A stretch of 64,000 nt of DNA from Phoronis australis (Eukaryota; Animalia; Phoronida), in contig NMRA01000206.1 of NCBI GenBank assembly GCA_002633005.1, positions 110,551-174,550 of the forward strand. Direction: 5' to 3'. Both the position numbers and the translations under genes were made by a program. The stretch's first letter is position 1, and every line of letters begins with the position of its first letter. The notes under the pieces were generated by a model, which had not been told where the DNA came from, ran no database searches, and saw only the letters and a list, made by a program, of their open reading frames with translations. Of this stretch, positions 28,744-42,202 are shown one piece after another.

Positions 28744-29350
28744 AAACTGAAAATATGAGAATCAAAACAACTTATTATTTTATATGACTAATTCTTATTA
28801 AAATGTCGTCAACAAGAAATCTATGTTTGAGCTCCAAAAGTGGGACCCGTTTAGTTATGTAGGTGCCACCAACTGGTGTAGGGCGGCCCTTCTTGAAGGC
28901 GTTTAGAACCGTGGTCCTCTATATTAATATAAGGGCACCCCCGGAAGGCTGTCAAAAACCGGGCCTCTGTTCTCTGTAGTCTTGGGGCTCGATAGTTATG
29001 AAGTTTTGGTCATTTTGTGTTATTCAGATTAAAATAATATCGACAAGAACTCCATTTTCGATCTTCAAATGGGGGCCTCCTAAGTTGATGTACTGTACAT
29101 GGAGGACTCCAACCAAAGAAGGGCTACTTATATTAATAAAGAGCGCCCCGACCGAAGGCGGCCAAAAGCGAGGCCCTCATATTAATACCGGGTGTCCAAC
29201 CAGAAGGCGACCAAAAGCGAGAGCCTTTACATAAATATTGGGGTCCCCACTTCTGAAGTTCGAAAATGAATTTTTGATTTTGTCATTTTATTAATAATAA
29301 GTTATTTAAAATAATGAACAACTTTCCTCATCAAATGTGGAGTCAGTTTT
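28744..29350. repeat. Decayed foldback-like element with internal 50-60-bp tandem units
   Basis: Repeated GAAGGCGnCCAAAAGCGAG...TATTAATA units; GAGCTCCAAAAGTGGGACCC at left versus GGGGTCCCCACTTCTGAAGTTC at right form an imperfect inverted pair. Confidence 0.5.
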
Positions 29351-32300
29351 AATTCCTGTCGTGATCGTTTTCATGACACTTTATATCATTGTGATTGTAA
29401 TCTGAAAGTTCTTTTTGATACTTCAGGTCAAAATCAGTCTAATTGTGATATCATTTGCTCACAGACAAGATAGAAGGTAATATCTAAGCTTCATTTTTGC
29501 CAAAACTGTACATAATCAATGTGAACGCGAACTACATTTATTAAAACGAAGTGCCCACAGAATGGTGCACTTTCAGCATATTAGTTCTTCCAAAATAAAC
29601 AGTAGATAATATACACTTTCCTAAGTTCAGACTACACACCAATTCAATTCCTTTCAAATTATATTTGAACGTCGACGTTTTAACAGCACGTATTTAATTT
29701 CAAAATTATAATAATTTAATAGAGTATTTTAATACGATTAGCTTACTATGACTCAGATGACGTCAAGCCGATGACAACAAAACTTGACTATGAAACGCCC
29801 ACCGACTGACTGCAATCCCATTAGCGGCGATTATATGCATGTAACAGCACTGAAGTCTTAACTCTTTAACATTAAGGAAATCATATTTTTGTTCTACCTG
29901 TCACGTTTTTAGTGAGCAGACTACGTGACCTATTTTGTCTGCACACTTTTTGTTTTAACAGGGAATTGAGGGCAAGAGAAGCACACAGTTTCTCACCACC
30001 ATCAATTAGCGCGAGGTGGTTTGTACACATCTAAACGAAAACCACTCAAGGCCTAACCGAAGGAATGGATTCTTGAAAGATAAAATCATTTCAAAAATAA
30101 TTCCTGAAATTACACATGGTCATTGAACTAATGCATACTTCAATGTCGTCTGTTGAGCCAATGTTTCTGATTTTATAATAATAAAGAAACCACTAGAGTT
30201 GCTGAGCAAAACAGAATGATGACATGAAACACCGCTGAAAGTAAGTCGCATTTTGGCGTATGCCCTTCACTTCCGCTTTAAGGTTCCAAGTCCGGAATTG
30301 CTGTTCGCTGGTCTACCATGACGTCATTTTTTGACTTTGCGAAGAGCTGCAAATTACTAAGCACATCGAAAATTATGATAAGGCTATGGACCTGGTCAAT
30401 TCTGACGCCTCTCAACTCCAACCGTTGTCGGAGCACACTGATTAATGCAAACATAATTTTGTACGTATTCCAATTCCCACTTGCATCGGAAAAAATCTAG
30501 TTACACAGAATGTTTGAAAAATTATGTGACTGAGTATCTAGTCATACATGTATTTGTGGGTACAAATTGCATCATAACAGTGACATATAAGTCATCACTA
30601 AACGTTATTTTTAACAAGGAGGACCATGGCTCACAGCGAAATTGCTCTGTGTGACATGCTTGGTCTACACGATTCATGTTACTATATTTGCGTACAAATA
30701 CATGCACTTCAGAACGACGCATGATCCCATGAGTGAAATTTAAAAGGTGAACTTGAAATATTAAGGTTGACTGACCGCGTGCTTGGCTCACAGGCGAACA
30801 AGTTCGAAGGAAGCTGCGAACAAGGTTTCTCATTAAATGGCAATTATTCAAACATGTAGGTGAACTGAAGCAAGACGCTTTTAAAGTGAATACAAAAGGC
30901 GTTTGGCTTTTTACTCAGGTAATAAAATAATTTATTATGAATTCGCCTGACCCACTTGTCAAGGCATACTTACACATATAATATGCACGTATGCATTGGC
31001 AAGCTGAGTATCTTGTTTCGGGAAGTTGAAAGACTGCTACGCTTTTGGGCGCACTGAACAATTGTAGATTGGCATCTCTTTAAAAGCATGCGTTTTGGAC
31101 TAACCTGGATAATCTGAAGCGCTATCGAAGATGTTTTCTATTTGACGAGCTACATTTTACCAAACATTAATTAATAGCCAACCTTCCATTTGAATATGTT
31201 GTTTTTAGACCATTTTGCCCAGTGCGCGACGACACTTCTTCTTAAGAAGCAAAACGCAAACCACAACATATCAATCATTTCGACGTCCCCACTATACTTA
31301 AAGTGTACGCAACATGACTCTAGTACCTCAAAATAAATTTTATTATTATATCTTACTTGATTCCAGTGCCTTTAGTGCACATCTCATAAAGAAACACGTA
31401 AAAATTGAAAAAAAATAATTATGTACAACGTCATGGGTTGAAGCCAAGTCGTTCGGCACACTGTGAAGTGAAAGTAAAGTATATTTAGCGTCAAGAAGGT
31501 TCGTAGAGGGATGAAAAGATGTATTTGCGGAGGCTGCAGCAACAGCAGTCAGACGGAGAACGTCTTGATGTTCCGAAGGATGCCAAAGTTGTGCATTAGT
31601 GGCATCGCTTCGTGCGCCGAACGAGAGTGTGGCCGGACCTAGCTCAGCGTGGACCAAGCGATTCTGTCCGGGGCCATTCTGTGTTCTGCCCACCTTGAGG
31701 AGTCGTGTTTCGACTCCAGTCAGAGGAGATGTTACGATGAAGGCCTGGTTCAACAAAGGACAATATTTACTATTCACGAAACATCGGCTCTTTATTCTGA
31801 GGATCGTCTGTTGGATGACTGGGTTGACTGGCCGAGCCCGGCTTCTCTCGCGGGAGGATCCAGTTCGTATAAGGCCTCAAAGTAGAAAAGTACGCAGCTG
31901 AAAACATCTCAAACTCGTTCTCGCTTTCGTGCAACCCCATTTCGTCATCCTGGCCACCATTCTCGCACGTTTTTTCATAGTATTTGTTCATTTCTTTACT
32001 CTCCGCCGTACCTGTTAATGCTAGTCGCTCATCTCTTGTGTTCAACCCATGATGTCACATGGCGGGAAATGTGAAAATTGGCAAAATTGAAAGAGAAATC
32101 AAAATTTCGAGCTAATGACACAAAATAATCATGGATTTGGCTAAATTTTGCGTCATACATTTAGTCTGTGGCCACCGGTAATTCGAATCGTGCAAAAATC
32201 CATGGTGTGTACTGTTTAAGACATTCGTTTGTTTCCATAAGCTACTGAACACTTCTCTTGGTAAATTCTTTGATAAAAATCTCAAGATTCCAACCAGACC

Positions 32301-35010
32301 CATTTACTCATTGACACAAAGTGACAGAAGTTGTGTCAAAATGTGACCACTGGAATTGTAATACAGCTGCAAAACTGCGTCATTCCAACAATGGACGCTT
32401 AGACGTTTCATGAGCCCATAAAACAGCTCTAACTATGTCAATCCTTCTGACAATATCTAGGTCCAGTCCGTGGATTTTGACTTTGGAATACGCACTGGTT
32501 TCAAGAAATCTGATTTGAGCAGCATTCCACAAAATTTTAAAATGGCGCTAAAAAACTTTAATAGAGCAAACGTTGCTGTTTAATAGGTCCATTATTCCCA
32601 AACCCGACAGCTAAGACAATGGTGTACAGAACGGGCGTTATCGGATCACTGCGGTGCATGACCTTTGAATTTAGTGAGGCAAGGGAACGTTTGGTCTAGG
32701 TGATGGAAAAATGCCAGCTCAAGTTCGGGAAACTACTTCTGAGTATGATCTGCAATTTGGTTTCAAATACTGCAAAACCTTTGAGATGCCTCTCTCTTAC
32801 TGGTTTCGGTTTTATTTTATTTATGAAGTTTGATATTTATACTAAACTCCGAATAAGCTATATTAGCATGCGATAAGTAAATGTTCGTGTTGTGTTTTTT
32901 CAGCGCCAATTATAGCAAAGTGACAATTTTACAGAGTCCGAAATTCAATGCTAAAAACTAATCATTAAGTCAAAACTTAGTGTGTGCTTGGCGCTAATAT
33001 TTCTAAATGCCAAGGTTATGTAGGACCGTATCGATAACTTTAAACTCAGTAAGGTATACATTTTCTGAAAGTAAAATGGCTGTAAAATTTGATCTTTGAT
33101 TTCTACCAGTTTGCTGTTAATTAGGTAACGTGACCATGTCTTTATAATAAAATTTAGCAAAAAGAAAGGCACATTGATAGCAAATCAATGGTATAAATAA
33201 CATGATCAAATTTTATTCGATATAAACATTTCAGATGAGATATTAAAAGCGCTGTTACTGTTTTCTAATGTATCAGTTCGGTTTTGCTATATGCACCTTT
33301 AAAGGTTTTTCGTAAAAATAATAAAAAAACATATTTTTGATAATCCTAATGATAAAGTGAAATATTCTAAAATCAAATGCGTTTTGAGAGTAGTGCATAC
33401 ACATTAATCACAGTATCTCAGTCAATGAAACAGATCCCACAGGATTATCAGCGAACATTACACTTTTCGTGGCAGAATGAGTGTTGGGCTGCCTCGAATT
33501 GGTCTCCATTACGTCATCATGTTCGGATTCGTCGGATTGTCGCAAAAAATCAATTGGCACGAAACACATGCAACGGGGCGCTTTTATAATGTATCGTTAT
33601 CTGACGAGTGTACGATGCAGCATTTATTCATGTCAGTCATTATTGTTACGAAGTGACTGCCTTCAAGTCGTCAGTTTAGAATATCGGCTAAACTCATCAT
33701 CCCCATCCAAAACACTCAGAGATCAGACAAACTGTGGAGACCTCGTTGGTGGAAGCACTTCGGAATAGCAAATAACTAGTACCATACAAGAGGTTTGTCG
33801 ACTTTGATATATTCTGACCCATTCTTGACCATAGTTAGACCTCCAGTGACTTACATGTAGCAAAGAAGGCTGGTCCTCCCAACGAAGGCACAGATTGGTC
33901 CCATCGTCAAAACAATTCATTTTCTTAAAACGCTCGGCTACAAGAGGAGACATGCCATCCCTGCCAAACATCTCGATCTTTGAGTACCACCTATAGCACA
34001 CTAAATATGTTTTGAAGTGAATATACCCATACACGAGTGGTGGAGCTTGTCATTATTCACGAGCTTCTTTCATTGACTTCTTTCCAACGCCATTCACACG
34101 TGGAGTTAAGGAATAAAGTATGCCTAACTGACATGCACAGTATATTTAAACATTTACAAGGGCATGCTTCTGCATACCCGTGACGACATTCTTAGGTTTG
34201 ACATTGCTTGCTGACAGAATGACGCTACAGATAAACAGAAACACAGACGAGTACTAAACTGTCAGGAAATGTATTAAAACCTTGTTGATACCAGTAGTTT
34301 GAAACCTCCCTTCCTCATTACATGGGATCTGTAGGTGGCGCTGAACGCCTGTGAACCAAAGGCCTGATCACCGTCTGGCGGGATAAAAAATTTCAATAAG
34401 GCGTGCCTATATATCGAAAGTCAGTCATTCCAATGGCAGCAAAGTTCATCAGTTAATCTCGTTAATTCCGTGTCAAATTTCTGTATTGTTTGGAAAGTTA
34501 CGAAAGCAACTTATGATCACAATGTTTCAACTATGTCTTTTCATATTTCTTACAGTAGATGCAGTGAAACACGAAACAACATTGTAAGCAGAAATAGGCG
34601 TTTATTGGGACCAGTGCAATTTCATAGTTGATACTGCACGTGATGCTCAGCTCCAAAGTCCTAAACAAGAAAGGTCAAATGCAAGATCAGAAACACGGTG
34701 ATAGAAAATGAAAAAGGCAAGTGATTCTCAACAGACATGTCATTTTTCTGTAATGTTTTCTATCCTATTTACCTTTATTTATACATGTCAACTATGATTT
34801 TAGAAAAATGTCGGGGATAGGTGAATTGACACACACTGCCTCAAATCTATCCGCCAATTTGGATAACCTAAGGGCCAAGTTACGTTTTATCTTTTTTGCT
34901 ACGAATTTTAATGAGCCCATTGGACCGAGTTAAGCAATCACAGTGCGTCAATGAAATTATTTTTGAGTTATTCAAGCGTGATACTCTCCTATATAATCCC
35001 TGCATGTACG

Positions 35011-35011
35011 T

Positions 35012-35055
<44 letters not shown>
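35011..35055. repeat. (TA)n microsatellite
   Basis: Direct reading. Confidence 0.97.
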
Positions 35056-35208
35056 GCTCAATGTATTTCGAGCAATGCGTGGTATTTGATGTACAGTATT
35101 AAATACGCTGTATCGAATGAAAACGATGAACATTTAACTTTGTAGCAAGAGCCACCTAGTGACTTTCTGAAGAACTGCATGCACAACTGTTCTCAGGAAA
35201 GAAACAAT

Positions 35209-36329
35209 AGGGAGGTTTCGCAAAGCGACGTGAACGTAGATTATGACGCATATTTTATTGCGCGTGCCGATTCACGTTACGGTAACAAAAAAGGTTTCGC
35301 AACAGCTAAATTTTTACGTGAAGTACAAAGTGAACGTGAACTTAATATGTGAGCAGAGGATGTCCAATTATCATGGGATATAATATGTACATCCTGATAT
35401 TAGATAGGTTTGGCAAAACGACGTGAAAATGAGTTATCATGCATAATTTCCGCGTCATACATGCCATTGTTGGCAGTGTCGTATTCCTGTTAATGTTTGC
35501 GTATTTTACAAGAATACAGGGAGATTCACTTCGTTATAAACGCAAACCTGTGGCCTCTTTTTATTCTTATTTGGAAAGACATCGAAATGGTTGTAATTTT
35601 GATAGGTTTCTCAGTCTTACTTCTTTGGTTCAGTATAAAATGAACGTAATTTTGTGTTCATTATTGATTTCTTCATGCTTAATTTGCATGCATCTACTAA
35701 ACTGAAAATAAATTACGCATTATAAAAGTAAACCATTTTTCGCAGGGGTCTGTAATAACGACTTTTCTCACATGCAACATACATCCGGCATACCTGTGGC
35801 AGAATGGAATACCGTGAAATACAATAAATTAAAGCAAAACCTGTTTCGTTCTGCAAAACGTACATGTACACCTGAACCGATTGTCTATCAACATTCTCAA
35901 AGAAAAACATGATGCAGAGCTCAAAGTACGAGAGCAAGAGGTAAGATTGGAATGGGAAACGTTGATAATGGAGAGGAAAGAAAGGAACGGGACGCTACCT
36001 GTAGATCACATGATGTTAAATCTCATCGCAAAATTAACTTACAAAATTTGACTAAATTGTATTGCCTGATTTGTGTTAGATGTTTTGAGAATGAAAATAA
36101 AATGTTGCTTTCGCAGAGTGATTTGTAAGTAGTTTGTTCTCCAGCGGACATGCACAACTAGGATATCTGGACACCCTGAGCTCAATTATTCGGTTCACGT
36201 TTACTTTCACGTTCACGTTAAAATTTAGCTGTTGTGATACCCATTTTTCTTACGGTAACGTGAATCGGCACGCGCAATTATATATGCGTGAATGTTCACT
36301 TTCACGTCGCTTTGCAAAAATTCTCCGCT
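35209..36329. mobile_element. About 1.1-kb non-autonomous DNA transposon with about 155-bp TIRs
   Basis: AGGGAGGTTTCGCAAAGCGACGTGAACG...GGATGTCC (35209-35366) is mirrored by GGACACCC...CACGTCGCTTTGCAAAAATTCTCCGCT (about 36169-36329); flanked by AT on both sides (TA is equally compatible). A further terminal fragment lies at about 37462-37506. Confidence 0.85.
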
Positions 36330-37954
36330 ATAGATATGCAAGATAGAAATTCCTCACATGACCTGGAATTTGTTACGACAAGACTGGTTAATAACACCGA
36401 GTACGTAATTTTTTGATATTACATGGGCGAAACACAAAGTAGTGCAAAGTAGAAATCCATACGCCTCACAATTTATCGTCCGCTCTGCAAAACACTAAAC
36501 AACCATACGCGCGCCAACCAATCAATGCCGTTATTTTGATAAAGTGACAAAGTTATCATTGAAAAATCGCAACTGTACGTACTCCAAGTAGAAAGGACGT
36601 GCAAACAACTTCTTAAACGGACCCATCTTTGGCGGCAAATTCCATATCCACATTCATTCAAACGGAGACGAGCCTCAACTCAAGAAACGCGGCGAGGCTG
36701 TCTACATCTGCTGTCCCAAATTCAATTCAACGTTCACGCGCGGGGAAGCCTTGCTGGCTGTTTTTATGAACATTTTTTTTTTGGTTTTAATACTACAACT
36801 TCAAAGACTTAGATTCTAACTTGAATAACTGTTACGAAAACTGAACGCAGTTTACAATTGTTAAGCTTAAAATAAAACTATCAACAAAAAGTAATTGAAT
36901 TACTTTACAAGCATGTTTTTACACGGCGAGTTTTTCGTCAAAAAATACCGTTTTTTCACTGCAAGCCTTAGGATTTTGACAACATTTCCAAGAGATTTTG
37001 CCCAGGTCATAAACCTGTGACACGTGTAGGATTCTCTATATATTATATTGAACGTGAAAAAGTCGTTCCAACTCTTAGAATGCGAAAATTATTTGCAATT
37101 TAAAATAAATAGATGCAATTAAATTAAGCATGTAAAAAGTTTGACAACACAAAAGTCATGTTTGTTCAAAATCCACTCTAGTTCGACGATATCCAGAGAA
37201 CACCGGAAGAATAAGGATTTTGGGAAAAAGCCTTCCTTCAGCTTGACTTTAAGAACATTTATGTGCAAAAGAATCGTGTTCATTCTATACCGGAACAAAG
37301 AAGAAAGATTGAGAACCCAATCAAAATAAAAATCATGTCGATGTCATGCCAAATAAGCATTAAAAAGGGGCCACAGCTTTCACGTTTTGTGTAAAATACG
37401 TACATGTAAACACTATAGGGATTACGTCAAATCCAAGAAAGACATGTATGACCCGGAATCATATATGCGTGATTATTCACGTTAACGTCGCTTTGCGAAA
37501 CCTCTCGACTTTGTAAATAACTTGCGGCTTTAAAGAAAACACGACACCTTGCAGATTGTCGAAATGACTTTATTTCTAAACTTCTATGGAAACAATGAAA
37601 TAAACTATACACTGTACATTTCAAAGCTAAGTAATAGACATTGGCCCATTTTTGTCTATCAAAAAATATTTATCTGCAACTTTCGGAAAGACAGTTGGGG
37701 TAATTAGATAATGCCAATTTTTTGTTAATGTCACCGGATCCTGAATTTTTAGTAAATAATGTAACTATAGCAAACGGCACCAAAGGTCCAATTAATTATA
37801 ATATTTAAAAATGTAAAATTTTGTATCAATGTCGGACATAATGATCCACAGCAATTCTGAGGGATTCATATTCTATAATCTTAGTCTTTATAGGGTAGAA
37901 AACTCTTGAATCATTGAAATTATTTCCTTGTAGGTTTAACAAGCCATTTATGTC

Positions 37955-38412
37955 GCGGTGGACAGGATTGTTCATCCATGAACAACCACGTTCCTTACAA
38001 TATCTCTTTTTATCACTCCGGCTGGTTTGCTCACTCAGCTTGTCTGGAACCTGCTTGGCAGATTTTTACAGCCCAGTTGGCTGTTTGGTGTACCTCTTGA
38101 TACATTATATGATATTTAACCATTAGGGTGTTTGTACCCATTTAGTACTTGCTACTGAATTTGCTGTCTCGACCCACTTAATATACAATCGGTCAATACC
38201 TATTTGGTAATATGTACCCATTTGGTACTGTGGAAATTAGTATCCGATACTCAATTACACATTGGGTAACTTAAATATGTGTGTTATATCTTGTAATTTA
38301 GGAACTCATCTGGTTCCTCTTATGAAATATTTATTTGTAGTGCTCTGACCCTGAAATTCCCAATACAACTTAAAATATACTTTATTCTTGTTGTTTTATT
38401 TGTCCCCAATAA
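37955..38412 (+). repeat. Dispersed repeat of about 480 bp, copy 1 (copy 2 at 43939-44446)
   Basis: Direct alignment from GCGGTGGACAGGATTGTTCATCCATGAACAACC to TTATTTGTCCCCAATAA; internal TGTACCCAYTTGGTACT subrepeats; copy 1 has a short internal deletion. Confidence 0.9.
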
Positions 38413-40446
38413 CTCTGGTCCACTTTGTTAGTTTTCGTCCGTTGGTTACACTTTCAGTGACATCATACAATGTACCAATAGTCCATTTCAGGTAATGACT
38501 ATGAAGCAGTTGATAATAGTGGCAGTACCCCTGTGGTTAAAGTTTTTAGAATTAAAATTTTTCCTTAAACTGTCAAGCATGCAAAATGATAATTACTTAT
38601 CAATTAAGGAAATTATATTTTGCTTCAGGTACCACCATCAAGAACTGATAACGGCTTTTCGAATCATATCACTCCCATGCAATCCAATTCGAAAAACGGC
38701 GGCATTGTCAAAAGTTTTATTGGCAGTAAATTTCATAATGAAATCCAACATCGGAACAAATGAATACAAACAAACTTCACGCATGCGCAGCGTAATTTCA
38801 GCAGCGCGTGATCGAAGTTGGCATTCCAGGGCTAGACTTCCATGGTACCAATGAAGCGTGATGTTACCGTGGAAACGGAACTGTTAACAGTCTCTGCAAA
38901 CACAAAACACTGATAAAACGTTTACCGGACACAAAAACCGCGTCAAGAAAACTGAACTACGGAAACAATCACTTGCAGGAATTACTAACAAATAAACAAT
39001 TGCCGCCTGCAACCGTTTTACTCCTGTTGTGGGAACCATTGACGCATTTGATGGGCTGGAATGGTTCTTCGTTGAGGTAAGTCTATTTTCACATCTTTTG
39101 ACTTTCTCCGATGCTCGAAAACGGGTGAGAATGAATTCAATTTGAGATCTGTTTTTGAAGAAATAGTGAATGTGGTATCTGTATTTTTTATACATGCTAA
39201 CTTTTTCAAAGCAAGAAGTCCATCTGAGACGAACAGGTACGATATGGGATTTGGGCTTTTTTTGCCTTTTAACTCCATGTGCGACAAATCATCACGTTTC
39301 TAAGTGTGGTGTTGTGTATGAGTTTCTATGCCCTATAAACGAATGACTTCGTTCAAACGTCAAACAATGTTACATTTGTCAAACGGTTTGCAGTCTTTCC
39401 CGTTGGTTATCTAGGCATCTTCAAACTGGCGTCATCCGAGATCATTTTCTGCAATGTCACGAACGTAAAATCACCCGTCATAGATTGTGGAAAACGCGTC
39501 AATTCGGTACGTAGAGCACGATGTGCTGTGATTGAAATTAAAGTCCCTTTTGATTGCATTTGAGAAGTCTGTTTTGAATGAGCAGCAAAGAGGGAGCGCC
39601 GCACGTTACACTTTTTGCGTGACTTTCCTGTTACCCCNCCCCCCCCCCCCCCCCTTCATTTGTCATTCTTTGCAGTATTTTACATCTGCCGTGTCCCACT
39701 GTCCAGCTTATATTTTGTGATGGCATTACTGCGTCATTTTATATCCATTTGAGAATGAAACAAGTATGTTTCGAAATATCGTGAACTTTTTAATTACAAT
39801 GTATGTCGCTAGATCACTTTCTTCATCTATGTTCCGTTGAGAGTAGAGTTTTATTCCGAACCTATGAACAAAACGGAATAAAGACTGTCAACAACGAAAA
39901 GTGTCGTGTGTTTAATCAATTCTGCATATCAGAAAACTTGCTCCGGAATTATAGTCCTTTTCAAGATTTGCTTACATTTTCTGATGTGATTTTAAACAAA
40001 AAAGATTCTAGGTGAAAATGATGGGTGTACAGATCTCAAACAGACTCGAGTAAAGAACAAAACCTACTTTGTTTTTCTGTCTAATGTGAAATTCACATGT
40101 CACGTGAACAATTTCAAGAGGGTGGTTTCTTCAATGCACTGGACCTTCGTTGGCAACTAAAATTTTGCACACAAATTCAAGGACATCAGCTTTCACTTAT
40201 GCAGAGGCGTTCATACTGAACACGATACTTTTCAGCGATAATGCCGCATTGGCACGACCAAAAGCATGGGATTTGGGTCAAGCGATTGCTTTGGTCTGCA
40301 TTGTATTGCGCCAAGAACAAAATTATATCTGTATCTTTTACTCAAATAGTCCAACGCAAAGCAGAACACTCAATGAATCTGAAAGTGTAATTGCGCAACT
40401 AGATCGAAATCCCAGAGGATTTTTGGGCATGAAAAGGGAACCAATT

Positions 40447-40455
40447 TTGTTGTTT

Positions 40456-40496
<41 letters not shown>

Positions 40497-40500
40497 ATTG
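40447..40500. repeat. (TTG)n microsatellite
   Basis: Direct reading; explains the spurious poly-Leu and poly-Thr ORFs. Confidence 0.97.
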
Positions 40501-41182
40501 ATGTAATATGCTTTAATTTAAAAAAATCGTCGATGCAATTGTGCAAAAAATAAATGAATCTCAAAGCGCGTAAAATTGGACAGGGAAATGGGCAATTCTC
40601 ACTAAGGTCAACTTAAGCTGTGGTTGATAGGACATTATAGTCAAGAAAAGTAGTTTTCTGATGGAGATCATCGTCGGCGTGAAATCGAAACTGCAACACC
40701 TGCAACTGCAGTCTAACAGTCTTCTGGTGGAGTTTAACCCCACTTGACATTTAAGGGAATTCAAAAAAACGAATTTTGGTGTTATGTAGGTCTGATACAA
40801 CTAATAAATTCATGAAGTCCGTCGCATCCATCACTTATACTGAAATGCGTTTGTCGGCCTTAATCCCTTTAAGCAGAGCCTAGTGTTGGCCGGGAGAACG
40901 CGCCTGAGCTTGAGAATTAGTGAATTTCTTGCCACGTGCATGTACATACAGGTAGAATGTACGTAGATAAATCTGTGACTGAAAGTGATTGGTCCACTCC
41001 CCCATTGCACATGTCGTGCACTCAGTATTAGTTCATGGCAAAATCGTGCTTTGTGGCAAATGTTGTTTTGTTTCGGGATTTGGCTCTTCATTTTTGTTCG
41101 GCAGAAGCATTCCACCACTAAAATTGCCTTGCATGTAATAGTTGATGAACACAATGCTCTTGGTTTCGAAAGGTAGACGGAT

Positions 41183-41700
41183 GGGTTGATCTAGCTTAAG
41201 TCTGACGTTTGGATGTTTCTAGCGGGGTTAATATACAACCGTATTTGCCTGGTGGAGTTCATTCATTATACATGTACATGTACATGAGGTTATGTTGAAT
41301 ATTTTGCAACCGAATTTATGTGGTTATCTCTAAGGTTGATCTAGCTCAATTTTGGCACCCCGTTACTTTCATCTGGCAGGGTCACCCCACTGCGGCAGTT
41401 GTCTGGCGTAAACATGTAACTGCTGCGCCGCGTGGAGTGGTCTGGGATATTGGCCTATTACTGTTAGTTGCATCGTGTTACCTGGTGGGTTGGGCTAGCT
41501 CAAGTCTGACATTTGGACCTGTCTGGCGAGGGTAATCCACCACTGTATAATTTTGGCGGTGCTTATTCTTAATACATTGGTCTTTGCTGAATAATTTTAA
41601 CCTGTTTCTTGCGGTAACCTCTTGGGTTGATGTGGCTCAATTTTGGCATCATTTACATGTATAACGGTGTGGCTGATGTTCTCTTCAACTGAAATTGCCT
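41183..41700. repeat. Decayed tandem repeat with a monomer of about 150 bp and a dimer of about 300 bp
   Basis: GGTTGATCTAGCTYAA-type motif at about 41185, 41334, 41488 and 41625; alternate units share AGTCTGACRTTTGGA or TTTTGGCA. Confidence 0.65.
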
Positions 41701-42202
41701 GGCAGTGCTTAATTTGATACGGTGAATTTAGTAGCAGGTGTCGCACATATCTTAAGTCGTTACCAGAAAAATTGACCTTGCTCAATTGTTGAATGTCATT
41801 TTCATGGCTCCCCTGACCACACCCACTAGAGCGAGCCTGCCAGATGGCAATTTCCTCCAGGGTGTAGCATTGAGATACCCATGGATCACTCTAGCGTCAA
41901 AGAAAATTGGTTACATTTCCATGCCCAAAAAACCCCTGGCACTTAATGAGCGGATACTCAATTTCCAAACATGATGCAGATGATAACAGTGCCTCATATT
42001 GGATTCATGTGCGGAAGCACTTCTGTGAGACCTTCGCTCAAGTCTATAACGGCTTCAGAATCTGACTCTGTCAAAAATTCAAGTGGCATTTATGTTTATC
42101 TATTCCGATGCGTAAAATAACTCGTCAATAGCCTACATAACAAGAACAAAGTTTGAATTAAAACATTTTGAAAGATTGCAAACCATGTCATATGGCTTAC
42201 AT

